From Paramecium tetraurelia (taxonomy: Eukaryota): a DNA stretch of 64,000 nucleotides. The stretch covers positions 248,001 to 312,000 of the forward strand of contig CT868185.1 in assembly GCA_000165425.1 (NCBI GenBank), written 5' to 3'. Shown here piece after piece: positions 14,023-27,700 of the stretch (position 1 is its first letter; each line of letters opens with the position of its first letter). The translations under genes were made by a program, and so were the position numbers. Below the pieces are notes generated by a model. It was not told the DNA's origin. It did not search any database and worked only from the letters and a program-made list of their open reading frames with translations.

Positions 14023-15152
14023 ATGGGAAGTTGCTAGGTGAATTGCTGTGCCAATAAAGCTGGTGAAATAGTATCCAAGGACACGAAAAAGAATGAAGTT
14101 GATTTAGACGATCCTGACCAAAATGACTATGATGACAAAGAAAATAGTGTGTCATCAGTTCATTAATAATAACAATAGGCTTAGGAAACACCAAGACAAA
14201 ATAATAAAGAAAGAGAAAAGTTTTAAGTTGATAATGAAAGCATGTCTATGAGAAAAAATTTGGAACCCTAATCTGTCAAAGAGGTAAGTATAACTTATCT
14301 AAATTGCACTGAAAGACAAAAGTTTGATCCAATCTAATTAGATAAAGGAGCCATTTATGAAGGAGAATGGTTATTAGGAAAGAGGGATGGAAATGGCAAA
14401 CAATAGTGGCCAGATGGTTCATGTTATGAAGGATAATGGAAGGACGATAAAAGTTGTGGTTGGGGTAAATTGATTCATGCAGATGGAGATGTATACGAAG
14501 GAGAATGGTAAAACGATAAAGCAAATGGCAAAGGAGTATATGTTCATATTAATGGGGCTAGATATGAGGGAGATGTATAAAATAAATAAATTAAATAGTG
14601 GGTTGACGATAGATAAGATGGTATAGGAATTGAAGTTTGGCCTGATGGGGCTAAGTATGAGGGAGAATATCGAACAGGTAAGAAAAATGGTAAAGGGATT
14701 CTACTATTTGCTGATGGTTCAAGATATGAAGGCACTTTTGTTGATAATGAAATCGATGGATAAGGGACGTATTAATGGCCGGATTAAAGAATTTACACAG
14801 GATAATGGAGAAGAAATAAAATGCATGGTCATGGATAAGTAACTTGGCCAGATGGCAGAAAATATATTGGAGTATCCTTTTCTACTTATCGTTTAGGAAT
14901 ACTTTGAAGATAAGAAACATGGTAGAGGTTCGTTTGAATGGGGAGATGGAAGAAAGTATGAAGGAATTTGGGTTAATGGTATTTTTAGTTTGATTTTTTT
15001 AAGGCAAGTAATAAGGAATTGGTGTTTATTATATGTCTAATGGGGAAAAGAAATATGGAGAGTGGAAGGATGGAATAAAAAAAAGATGGTTAGAGGCAGA
15101 AGAAATAGAATAATATCTTTAATAAAATTCTTAGAATCAAAAATAACAATGA
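14023..15152 (+). CDS. MORN-repeat protein with N-terminal acylation motif
   Basis: MGSCQVNCC start; repeated YEGEW/YEGQW...GxG motifs at 14350-15080; three tiny introns; TGA 15150-15152. Confidence 0.92.
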
Positions 15153-15185
15153 ACGACTCATATAGTTAAACTTATTAGAATTTAC

Positions 15186-16126
15186 TCATTATATTCCTTC
15201 ATCTTCTTCTGTTGAGTCCTCCACATTTTATTAGATTTGAGGCTCTTGCTCCTCTTCCACTTCCTCTTCCTCTCCATCTTGTTCATCTTCATCAAAATTA
15301 AAGAAGTTCTCATCCAATCCCAATTACGGTAGTTTCTCTTTAAACAATTATTTGATTTCTAACAACTGCTTCTTTATTTTAGCGTTTTCATTCAATATCA
15401 ATTCTTTCTCTTTCTACTATTATTATATTAATTCTTTAAATTTCCCTATTAAAATCTCTTTCTTATTTATTTCTGCAGATAAATCTTTTTCTTATTTTAT
15501 CAAATTCTGTAATAATTATTCTTTGTCATTCAATTATTATTTCTATTGATCAACTTTTTAAATTAATTAGCTATCAATAATATATCTTATTTATACCTCT
15601 TTTATCCTTCCAATTAATCTTTTAATTATTTCATCATTTCATTAATCTAATCCTCCTATTTAGATTATTATTTTATCTCTGTGATAGTACTCTCACTTTT
15701 TTAGACTTTCTCTTCGAATATGGCAATCTTTTCACCATATTCTTTTTCTAAAATTTCAAATTACTTTTTCCATTTGTTCTCTTGTAAATTCAAAACCTAT
15801 TCAAATTATTTAATCTCTAATTCAATTTTTGATAATTCTTGCTGCTATTCTTAGTGTTCCTACTAATGAATTACTACTTAATTTTATTAAGTTTAATATA
15901 TTATCTAGGAATCCCCTGTCAATATCTATGAATATTAATTAAATTGTCTCATTTCTTAATATAAATCATATATACATGTTAATGAACAGATTTCTGTCTT
16001 GTGATTCTGATTCTAATTGTGAACTTCTTCATCACAGTTATAACAAAATTTAGCTTAGCAATTCTAACAGTAAACTGTTCCTGGTCTTTTTGAACATTAA
16101 TCACAGTATTTGAATAATTTTTTCAT
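15186..16126 (-). CDS. B-box zinc finger / coiled-coil protein with acidic tail
   Basis: MKKLFKYCDQCSKRPGTVYCQNCQAKFCYNCDEEVH...H (B-box pattern), coiled coil, E/D-rich C-terminus. Confidence 0.82.
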
Positions 16127-16141
16127 TAATAAAATTTATAT

Positions 16142-16739
16142 ATGAAAATCAAAGAATGGCTTTTAGATAATGATAAAAGAAAGAAAGTAATTACTTTTAT
16201 TTACAGACTTGCGCTAAAGAAATAACCATTTCATTCTCATGAACTTAGACAATAAATTGATAAATGCAAATTTTCAGATGACATCCATCATATTTGGAAT
16301 CAATTCGATACTTTAAGAGCATATTATAAATTATTACTAAATTAGTCCTAATTTGCAAATTAAGTCAAATTAGTCAGGATTATACATGAAAATACAATGT
16401 TTCATAATAAACCAGAACTAGTTGCAATAGAAAGATTAAAAAAAGAAAAGTAGTTTAAATTGCTAAATTAAAATGATTAATCATTTCTTATTGACTTACT
16501 AAATAATGTCATTAAAAATAACAATGATCAAAATAGGTAGAGATATCCAACTCTGCTCCATTATCTCAATGATAAAAATAGCGAAAGTATTATCAAGATT
16601 TTAACTATTTAAAGAATACGATCAAAAATATACACCACCATTACCTAAATGTGTTGAATGCTAAGATTTCAAATATTTGAAAGCCTACTAGTATTTATAA
16701 GATAAAGATCAATAAAAGTAATCAATAAAGAAAATTTGA
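16142..16739 (+). CDS. Hypothetical protein
   Basis: Open frame MKIKEWLLDNDKRKKV...; probable 28-nt intron ~16587-16614; ends ...QSIKKI-TGA. Confidence 0.7.
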
Positions 16740-16763
16740 ATAATTTATTATGTATTATAGAAT

Positions 16764-17070
16764 TCATTGTGCTTATTAAATTTTCCTCTCCTAAATCCTT
16801 GGGTCTACTCTCTTCCTAAAAAATAGAATATAGGGGTCTGGATAGTGCACATCATAATTTAACCAACCTTTGAATAATTTGATTCCTAATTCTCTCCATT
16901 CTGGTTCTCTTAGCAAAAACCCTTTAAAAAATAGATATAGTTATACCTCTCTTATCTATTGGGATCTTTTCAGATATTTTTTGATCAAGATAAACGATCA
17001 TGTAATTATAATAATCATCTCTATATTGATCAGAATAGCTAATCAAGATTTCTTTGTTGTTGAAGCTCAT
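16764..17070 (-). CDS. CKS: Cyclin-dependent kinase regulatory subunit (CKS/Suc1 family), divergent
   Basis: ISYSDQYRDDYYNYMIVYL...LLREPEWRELGIKLFKGWLNYDVHYPDPYILFFRKR; one 25-nt intron. Confidence 0.88.
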
Positions 17071-17201
17071 TTAGAATTAGAATTATTAAATCTGACATAA
17101 CATATACTTATTTCTTAATAGGAAAAATATTAACATCCATCAAGAAAAAATTAAAAACTAAAATGATATAAAGAGTAAATAAATTATGAATATCTAAATT
17201 T

Positions 17202-18742
17202 TCAAGGATTGGTTTAATTGATTTCATCTTTTTATTAATTAAAAGATCCCATTCCATACACTTATTCAGTAATTAATTATTCTTGTGATGATTTATCAAA
17301 TCTTAAATTAGTTTACATTACTAATGTACAATTTCTTTATCTTAAAGAAAGGGTTAAAGCATGATCTCTGACTAAACTAATATTTTTGCCAAACTACATA
17401 AAGGGATTTTTTGAGAATGTTGGCATTTATTATTTCTTAAGACTAATATTTTATAAATTTCATACATTGAAATATTGTTTAATTTGTAGAAATCTACTTC
17501 CTACTCAATGGAATCCTAGGATACGAAAAACTTGTGTTTCAAAAGGTTATCAGCCGACCATCTGAAATCTGGGTTTTTTGAAAGCATCTTCATTAAAATA
17601 TCTTTTTCAAGATCATCCAATTAATCAGATGAAAATTTGCTTAGATTTATTTCACATTTTCTATTCAATTCTAATTACTCTTTCCTATCCTTTTTTTCAA
17701 ACAAGGGTTCTCCTATTAATCTTAAATTATTTAAATTCATTTACAAAACATATAAAATAACTCCTGCACTAAATATATCACAAGATACAGTGTATCTGGC
17801 CAAATCGGAATCTTGTTCTAGAATTTCAGGAGCAACAAAACCTGGTGTTCCACATTTTGGATAAGTATAAGGATGAGAATCTACTGATTATGCAAGTCCA
17901 AAATCTGCAATTACTAAAGATTCTAAATCTTTATTCATAAATAATATGTTTTCCGGTTTTAAATCTCTATGCATTATGTTATGATGATGAATAAACATCA
18001 ACCCTTCAAGTAGTTATTTCATTATTAGTTTGATGTCTGACCTACTGAAAAGAGTTTAGCGTTTTTTCATCAAAGATAATAATGAACCACCTTTAGCCAT
18101 TTCCATTACTAAATAATAGTTTTAATTTCCTATATAGAGTTCATGTAACAATAAAATGTTATCATGCTTCTACTCAGAAAGAATTCTCATCGTTTCTATT
18201 TCTTATTGCAATTATTTCTAACCATTCTTTTTTTCATTAATACGTTGTTAATCAATACATTTAGCAGCGTATTGTTTCTTCGTAAATAGATTAGTTAATT
18301 CGAGAACTGTTGCGTATGACCCTCTTCCTAAAACAGATTCAGCTGAATATTCATCTTAAATCTACACTTGGAAAACATATAATGCAAACTTCTATTTGAG
18401 TTCCCTTAACTACTCATTTGTTCCATGGTATTCATATTGTTAGCCACTTACTTAAAATATAATTGAATTTAATTTGGTTTTTGAATATGTCCATTTAATT
18501 CTTAATTCAGAATTGATTCGAAATTGACGTTCTGGTATCTAAACATAAGGTGACTTAAATATCTCGAAATATAAGGATACCTTTCCAATACAAATTAAAT
18601 TCTTAAACAAATACAGGTATCTCAGACCCCTCCCAATAAATTTCTTCTTAGTCAACAGACACCTATATTTACACAAATCATAATCGACGGTTTTTAACTT
18701 TCTTTCTGCATCCTCATGAACAGTTTGAGATTTTTGTCTCAT
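17202..18742 (-). CDS. Ser/Thr protein kinase (CAMK-like) with N-terminal extension
   Basis: [45 protein letters not shown]. Confidence 0.93.
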
Positions 18743-18913
18743 TATATAAATATATAAATTTTATTCATATCAAGTTTTTAATTTTTACATGTTTTACTTT
18801 GAAATTCGATCTTTTATTTTCTTTCTTTTGATGCTGTCTCAGGAGTTGTTAAGTTAGGTACTTTTTACTTGTAAATAGATATAAACAATAATTGTAGGTT
18901 TTTCGGTGATCAT

Positions 18914-19756
18914 TTCAAAATAAATTCATAAATATCTACTAGTAAACAATATTTTATTACAGTGATTTTAATTACTGGTTATTCACCATTTACTAATTTA
19001 AAATAACAAATTATATTATGTTACTCAGGCTGAACCATAAATCCTTCTATACCAAATTAAAGGACTTTTCATTAATTTAAAATCACTAATCCAGCTATCA
19101 ATTCGAAAATATTATTAAAAGAAGTCTTAAATGCCTGCTCTTTCTTTATTTTCCTGTTTCAATGATAAATATTAAAAATCATCCTTTTATCTCTAAAATA
19201 CTATATTAGAGAATTATGGTATATCATCAAATATCTAATATAAATGATTTTATTTGGCTTAAAACTATCAATCAGAGAAATTAACTTTATCGAATTTTTG
19301 AGAGGAATAATAAATAGGATCTTCAAAATTCTATGCTTCATCTATGTATACATGCGCTGCTGGGAAAATTCTGGAATTCGAATTCCTTTATATTTATAGT
19401 TAAGTAGTTCAAATTAATCATCTTGATGATTCTTGGAGTACAGAAATATTTGAGCAATTAGTTTGAAATTTGTAAACGTTATTATTATGATTGTTACTAT
19501 ATTTGTGAAGGTTGATATCCAATTTAAATGTCTTAAGGTTAAAGTATAGATTTTAATCAGACAGTTAATATTTACAACTGCTAATCTCTAGAATTAAAGG
19601 TCTTTTCTGATGCAATTAAAGAGTTGCAAATTGTTATCCTGGCGAACTGTTTGATTAGACAAACTCGGAAAAACTGAGTTGCTTACTTAAATTGACTTGG
19701 TTTTTATAATTGGTAACATTTTCTGTCCTGTTTGCATATGGATTTTTTAATAACAT
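18914..19756 (-). CDS. Hypothetical protein
   Basis: Open frame from MLLKNPYANRTENV; 3' end uncertain because all frames hit TGA near 18910-18930. Confidence 0.6.
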
Positions 19757-19814
19757 TTTATTTATAAAAGTAATAAGAGATCTAGATTATATTACAATAT
19801 GATTTAAACTAGAC

Positions 19815-20975
19815 TCATTTCAGTGAAATAACTAGCTTTTGATTTTTGAATTCATAATCGGAGAATACAGCTATTATTTTTAAGGTTTCGGGGATATTCA
19901 ACATACTGATTTCCAAACTATCAGAGGAAATAATTTTAATTTCTAGTTGAGTATCTATGTTTACCTGTAACTTTGACAACTAATCGAATCATTTCTGATA
20001 TCTCCATTGGTTCAGAAACGCCACTCAAAATAATCGTCTTGGAAAGAGGAGCAATTACCTTTGGCCCGTTCGGATTGTAATAAATCATGTATTCATCTTG
20101 AATGGTTGTTGGTTGTAATTAATATAAGGGGATGTATGTTATACGCCACTATTTTAGATAAAAAATGGATACTTATTGATCAAAAAATGTTATATTGTTT
20201 AGGTATTCTTTTGCAATTTAAGCAAACTCTACTGTTTAATATCTTATAAACACTCGTTTAAATTGCTTTTCGTATAATATTTCTTCTATGTTACCAAATT
20301 TATTAAAAATATTATACAACATCTTGGCGGTTACTCTTTCATCAATAGATTATATTTTAATAATTTTGGATGGTTTTTGAGCGATCATATTTTCGACATC
20401 CTCAGAAATCACAGGAGTTGTATTAGGTTTTTATTTTAAGAAGTCTTATGCCTCATCCTCAGAATCTGAATTAAGTAAATTATTTATCTCTTCATTTCTT
20501 TATGGACTCATATTCCTTTAAGGAGTTTATGTAAAAGTTCGAGTAAATTGATCTAATTGTTATCTCAAAATATTTGGATCATCTGTGTTTGAATGTTTCA
20601 CTACATCTGAATTAGTAATGCTTGTTTAAGTATAGTCAGTTCCTCGAGATTTGTCTACTACTTCCAAATCTAAATTTTTTAGGCGAGAAAAATGTATTGT
20701 TAATCTAAATTTATAAGTAATTGATACTTTCCTTCCCCCTCAGCCAAATATTTACCGATTTTATCTTTCCTTGCCTCGATTGCATGTTTGATATCATAGT
20801 ATTCGACAAAAGCCTTGTTTGCTTTACCCCTTTCGAAAATGAGAATCTTTTTGATATCCCCATATTTTCCAAATTGTTCAAATAACAAGTCATTACACAA
20901 TGGAAATGTTGGGGATAATTGTGTTATTACAAGAAGCAAAATTTTGCTGGGTGGATCTCTTGAATTATTATTCAT
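19815..20975 (-). CDS. PTB/hnRNP-L-like multi-RRM RNA-binding protein
   Basis: SKILLLVI...LFEQFGKYGDIKKILIFERGKANKAFVEY...IHFSRL; second RRM VTAKMLYNIFNKFGNIE; ends KLVISLK-TGA. Confidence 0.88.
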
Positions 20976-21082
20976 TTATAAATAATATATATGAATTCTT
21001 CTCAAATTTATTTTGATTATATTATCCAAAGTTTTCAATAAGAATCATCTCACAATTAATTCAAAATAATTATTAATATTAA

Positions 21083-21642
21083 TCATTCCAATTTCAAAAT
21101 ATGATTCTTGAAATAACTCAATTTACTATAAGTGTAAATGGGAGCATAACTGATTGCAGTTTATGGGTAACTCGTCTTTGAATATCCTGGATCATTGACG
21201 TTAAAAGTATCTCCTGAATATGATGTCATTAACACATAATGAGACCCTTCATTTACACCAAGAATCACATGATCCCCTCTATCAAATTTTACTTAAATAA
21301 TTTAATCTATATACATTTTGCTTAAGATGCAGAAAATTTTCCTTAATATATAAATCCAAAGTCCTAAATAGAAGACCAAATAAAAAGATCTCCTGAAGCA
21401 TAGCCGTTGTTTCTCTTTAACCATGAATTCATTGTTCTTGGAGTTGTGACTCCATCTGTTGTTATTCCTTATGTGTTAAATATCATGGCTATTGATGAGA
21501 TCAAACTTCCATTTGAACAAATTGAACTCGATCCTGTTCCTAATTTATCAGATCCCCAATTTGAATCACACTGTTTGTATGAAGTGTACAATCTTCCATT
21601 TACAAACAGCAAAATCAAAGCAATACTTATGATTTATTACAT
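21083..21642 (-). CDS. Secreted peptidase C39-like (papain-fold) protein, catalytic Cys apparently replaced by Ser
   Basis: Signal peptide MQQIISIALILLFVNG; YKQCDSNWG..LG...ICSNGSLISSIAM; TPRTMNSWLKRNNGY; GSHYVL; VNDPGY; 23-nt intron ~21292-21314. Confidence 0.75.
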
Positions 21643-21774
21643 TATTATTTATAAATGATTTATTCAATTCAGAATCAAATTCATTGTGCTTTCAAGTTAG
21701 ATATTGTTAATAAGAGTGTTGAAAATATAGAATGGTAGAAAAATATGGTGAAATATTCATTTTTAATTTCTAAA

Positions 21775-24700
21775 TCAAACATCTTCCTGCTCTAAATTTA
21801 ATTATGATCTCTCTACGTTAACTTTTTATCTCCCAACATCTCTTTAAAACTATATTGCAAATGATTTTTAATCAATTTTAGTATTTGGAAACGAGAATTC
21901 GTTCCTTTTGATTTGACTGTTATTTAGAATATTCAAATTTACAAGATTATCAACACTACAGATTCCTGCAGAAAATTATTACTGAGTTTCTTGTTTGCTC
22001 TTATCAATACTATTTTTAGTAGTGTTTTTTGAAGACAACTCTAATTGTTTGAATCTAAATGATAGATGAAATATACTTTTTAAATTATATAATCAAGCGA
22101 GCTTAAGGTATTAAATATTCTCTCAATTTCCCATATCTTTTTTTAATTCTTTCATATTTATTTTTGTGTGTCTCAAGGAAAATTTTCAAGAATGGATGAT
22201 ACTCCGCTAGATTAGGAAAATATTTTTATATTGTTTCTTTTAATTTGTCTATGTTTTCTTAAAGCTTATTGAAATATGCAAATAGTATCTGCATTAACAT
22301 TCGAAAAATATAAAATCCATTAAGTAAGCCAATTATTATATAGAAAGGCCATTAAATCTCAATCAAATCTTATTATTGAGCTGTGTAAATTGAACTAGCC
22401 AAAATAATTGATACAGCACAAATTACGGTTGATTATGTGTCAATTATATTTAATTGGCCAGTCATATAAGGTTGCTGTTTAGATGCTATAAAAGTATAAG
22501 CAAATAAAACGAGAAAGACTAAAGATGCTTTTATTGAAACATGATCATCATAATAAGCCAAAACAATAATAATGATTTGTTTTTGGACAATTTTTAATGT
22601 TTCCCAGAAATATGCATGAATCCTATATTCATTATATAAGTATCCCCATGTTTTTCTAACAGAGTAGTAATCGAGATGGTCTCTATTTTTATAGACTCCA
22701 TACCAAAAAGAGCAGGGAAGTAGGAATCCAAAAGTGAATAATAAGGGTATGCTAAATGCCATCGACCATTTAAAATGTGAAATTGTATCATATCGATATG
22801 ATACATTTCCTTAAATCCAATATTCATCTGATATTATTCTGTAAGATAATATTGATATGATTCCTCCTATTAAATTTGGCTAAAAAAATATGAACAAATA
22901 TATCAAGGATGTAGAAATATAAGAAATGTTGAATGTTATTTTCTTAGTAATTATTAAGATTCCATATAAACTAAAAATAATTGCTATATAAGTGGAAGTC
23001 ATAATTAGGCTCCAAATAATTCTAAAGTATATTATCAATATATCTGTTATGGTGACTAAAAAGCAATCTAATGAATAAGCGAGCGATTCAATAGGGTTGC
23101 CAACTGTATTGACAACCGAAGCTAACCCTGTTGGAATTTGCAATTAAAAAGTAGAAATGGTTGAAATAATTTGAAGATAATTTGTGAAAACTTTGATAAG
23201 AATAGCTGTTTGAGCTTCTTTTATTGCTAATCTAACTCCAAAAGACTTCAGGATTAATCCTTAAATAAATTCCTCAAGCATTTATATAGTGCTATTCACT
23301 GAAATAAATGTTGAAATGAACGTCCAAAGACTCACAAAAATTATTGTAATAATATTGTATGCTATTTAATCACAACTTCCGCATGAATAAGTAGAACTTA
23401 CAGAATAAGATCCACTTCCTCTAGAATTATATAAATCACATTATTCACATAAAGCTCCTATGTGTCCTTAGATGCATGATTTATCCCCTGGTTTCCAACC
23501 ACCTTAGCAATTCTTATCCAAATGATAACAATTTTCAATAGTTTGACTATAATAATATGGTCTCCAATAATGTTCCCTTAGTTCTATCATACTTGATTCC
23601 AATGATTTAATTTTAGAATTATCTTTATAGCTGCAGTTTTAAGCAGCCAAAGATACTTAGTATTAATTCTAAAAGGTATCACAGAGAACACATCCACCAG
23701 ATGTTTGATTTAAGAATTCCCCTAATTAGCAGTGAAATGTTCGAATATCAACAAACAATTTATAATCTTTCACATAATTATAAATTTCATAAGGTGGAAT
23801 TTCTTTGTATTAAGGGACTAACACACTATTACATTAAATTGATAATCGAAGAACAATATCCTAATCATAGGTAGGATTAAAGTAAATGATTAGATTATCT
23901 AAATTATAATCTCCCGTTGTATCATTAAATATCACTTCATATTATGATAGATTATATTAGACATTTTATTACTCCTATTAAGATCTTAAATTAAAAGCTA
24001 TCGGTTATAAAATGCAATTCGAACCTGACAAACCCTTTATTTATTCCTAAAACTTATCCAAAGCAATAATCCTGAGGGTAAGATTATAAGGGATAAATTC
24101 TGAATTCACTGGATCAAAATACCTGTAGTTGGTTATGGCTGTTCCTGAAGGTAACATTAACTGATACTGTTTAGATGAGGATCCTAAAATCTTATATGGA
24201 TCGATAAGAATCTGTTCAACGATCTATTTATCAGTTTTGATAATTTCTTTCTTTTGAAGAATTAATCTTTTCTAAATTGCTAATGTTAATGATCTTGGTT
24301 TTTCCAAAGCACTAGAGCCAAATAATGTTGAGTTATTGAAATCCAATAATAAATCTAACTACTTAGTCTATTGAAGTGATTAAGAACTTAAATAAATGCC
24401 TCCTGCAATCTCAGCTTTATTTTCAATAATTTTTGTATCTAAAATATATAGTTCTTCTTTCTCAGATGAATAATAAATTGCACCTCCAAGATCTGCAAGA
24501 TTATTTTAAAAAATGCAATCTTTAATAATAGTACTAATACTCATTATTAAAATTGAACCACCGTAAGTTGCAGAGTTATTTAGAAATTGACTCTATTTTA
24601 TCATCAGCTAATATTTCATGCTATTTAACAGATTTTCGTAATTATGTTATTGCAAAATCCTATAATTTGGTTAAGGATCTTAAATTATCAAATCATTTTT

Positions 24701-27700
24701 ATTTTTAGCAATTGAAAGACAGCCAGTCCTCCCGCAATGACTGTTTTTTATCAATATTTTCGAAATCTTAATATTTTCGAAATCTTATTGTTCAATTTCT
24801 ACTATTCTAATCAAACCAAAATAGCAGTTTATGCATTCTACATTTGTAATATCCATTTTTTGTATTGTTACTTTGTTTCTAACATTAATTTATTCAATTT
24901 CAATCAAGCTGAATTTAAGGGATGGATTTTTGAAAATTTAAGCCTAATTACAAATTAATTGATTTAAATTGTATTAATCATTAATATTTTCATTAAGTTA
25001 AGCAATATATTAAGTCAATTTGAGGGGGCAATCTAATTAAATTGGAAATGCAGTTTTTATTATTAAGCATTCCCTCTTTTCAGTCTTCAAAAATTGATAC
25101 AATTAATTTATTTACAGATCAAATATTTTCAATTCTCCAGCATATTCTAAATATTTAATTATATTATTACATTATCTAAAGTTGAATTGGATTAGAGGTG
25201 AAAATCCTACTGTGCAATTAGTAATCTTGATGTTCGACATCAAAATGTTCTAAGCTTGTACAATTTTAAGTAAAAATTATGTATAAATGGATATAAACTG
25301 ACAATTCTTGATACTAAAATTTCCAAATTCAACATAAATTAAAGGATTTTATTGAATTATGTTTACAGCATCTTCATCATTTATTCCATCTAAATATGAA
25401 TAATAATTTTCGAGTCCTACTTTTGTTGAATAGAACTCTATATCCTTAAACACTATATAAGATTAAACAGTATCCTTTTTCGTTAAAACATATGAAAAAA
25501 ATGAATTTTAAATCGAAAAGCAATCTTTAACAATTAACTTTTCCAACTCAATTATATTTAATGTTTCGGATGGATTTATGTAAATTGCACCACCATCATA
25601 TCTGCTAAAAGATTTATCAAATGTAACATTCTTAATTTATAGAGTTAATGCAGATGAAACGGCATCAATATAAAGGCAACCTCCTTTTGAAAAATATAAG
25701 GAGGATAAAGTGGTTTTTGTATTTGAAAATTCTGAATTTGTAATATTAATAATGCTAGTTCCAGATGTAATTATATAGAAACCTCCTCCATAAATTGAAA
25801 AAGAGGCATTAACCTTTATGTTTTGTATCTCTATTGAATTTGAAATTATCATGCCATTTCCACTGTTTGATTTTATTGGAAAAATTAATTATAGGTCTAT
25901 TGTAGATTTAACTTGAATGATTGATATTATCATATATCTACTCATTATTGAGTAATTCATTATATTGTTGTTTTTAAAAGTGGAATCCTTAATATATACC
26001 TTTTTTGAAACAATGTATATAATTGAATCAGTTGAGTTTGTTACTAAATTTTAATAAAATTAACAATCTTATATAAACACATTTCCATATTTTATAAATA
26101 GCAATATTGTAGAGGAAGAAATTGAAGATAAAGTTTAATAATATGTGTTTAGGTGATTATTTGAAAATTTTGTATTGATAAAGGTAACAAGTACCTTTTA
26201 TTATGATTCAAGGGAGATTAAAGCAGAATTTTTATTAGTGGTTGAGATTATTAATAAATTAGAACTAAATTAGGAATTTTGCACAACAATTGTTTCTTCC
26301 ACCATTTTTTGCATTATATCATATCCTTTTAAAATAATCAATGGGGTATTGAAACTTAAACAGGTTGAAACATTTAAATTATCAATAAAAAGCCTTTGAT
26401 ATTAACCCACATATAAAAAGAAATACAATTCCATTATAGCAAATTGTGATACACATTCGATAGATGAATGTAAGGCTTTTGAAAAATATCTTTGATCCTA
26501 AAAGAATTACCAATTTCTTATTTCTAGAGTCTTTGAATTAAAGATGGTCATTTCAGGATGCCCATAACCTCTCTGTATTTATACATCGTATAAATAACAA
26601 TATTGGCATTCAATATATATCATTACCTAATCAAAGGAGACTTAAGTATTTTAAAAATTAGGGTTTGATATGCAATTCTTTATGGTTAAATTGGTTAAAT
26701 TAAGCAATAACTAATCTATTTCATCATACTTCACAATTTTGATAATTTATTACTTGTTATTATAATTAATGTTTAAAACTTATAAATTCTTTATTACAAT
26801 TTTCGAGGACTAATTTAAAGCGATTTAAGATTTAGTATAATTAACTTTATTATGTATTAAACTGCTTAATTCTATAAGTGTTTAATTTATTATACAACCT
26901 TCTAAGTTTATCACATTGCTTGAAAATAATGATGAGTTGTCTTTAAGTTTAGAATTCTATAAAATCAACTAAGAAACAAATACTGATTCTACAATGGGGA
27001 GGATGAAAATATTTGAATTCAAAAAATCAACATTATGTAAAAATATTTACTGAATATTTAAAGTACCTATCGTATAATCTAATAAGCCACTACATATGAA
27101 AAAGTTAGCTCGTTCGAATATAGAGTCAATAATACTAATATTTCTTAATTCAGACTGATATTGAAGGTGATTTGTATTAGCTAAAAATTTGAAAAACGTT
27201 GTATCTATAAATATGGAATTTATAATTGCCATATTTGATATTTGAATCTAATTTTTAGAAAGATTGGTTTAAGAAATAAAAGTAAATATATCAGATTATT
27301 GTATTTTTATATTGCTAATTACTAAGTTTTTGATGAAAATGGAATAAGGAATATTTGATTCAACTTTAAAACCTTATCCACTTATTGTGGGACCTCTACT
27401 TTCAAATTTACAATCTTTCAGATTCAAATTCATTTTGCTTTTAAAATTGCTTAAAGAGAGAATTGAGCTACCAGTAATAGAATCTTCGTTGTTTGTAAAT
27501 TAAAAATTGATATTTTCAAAACTTATTGTCGTAAAATTATTAAAAAATATTGTTGAGGGGATTAAGAGATCGATTGGATCATCTGATGTCTATTGTTTTC
27601 CCTTAAATTTAATATCAATTTATTATACTGAAAAAACCTGTTATGCTAATGTGGAGAAAATCTTTAAGTTATTAAGAAATTCACATGGCCTGTCTTCAAA

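Noticed and set aside
14350..15080. Periodic ~69-nt repeats resembling an array
   Set aside because: Protein-level 23-aa MORN repeats; no identical DNA repeat/spacer structure, so not CRISPR.
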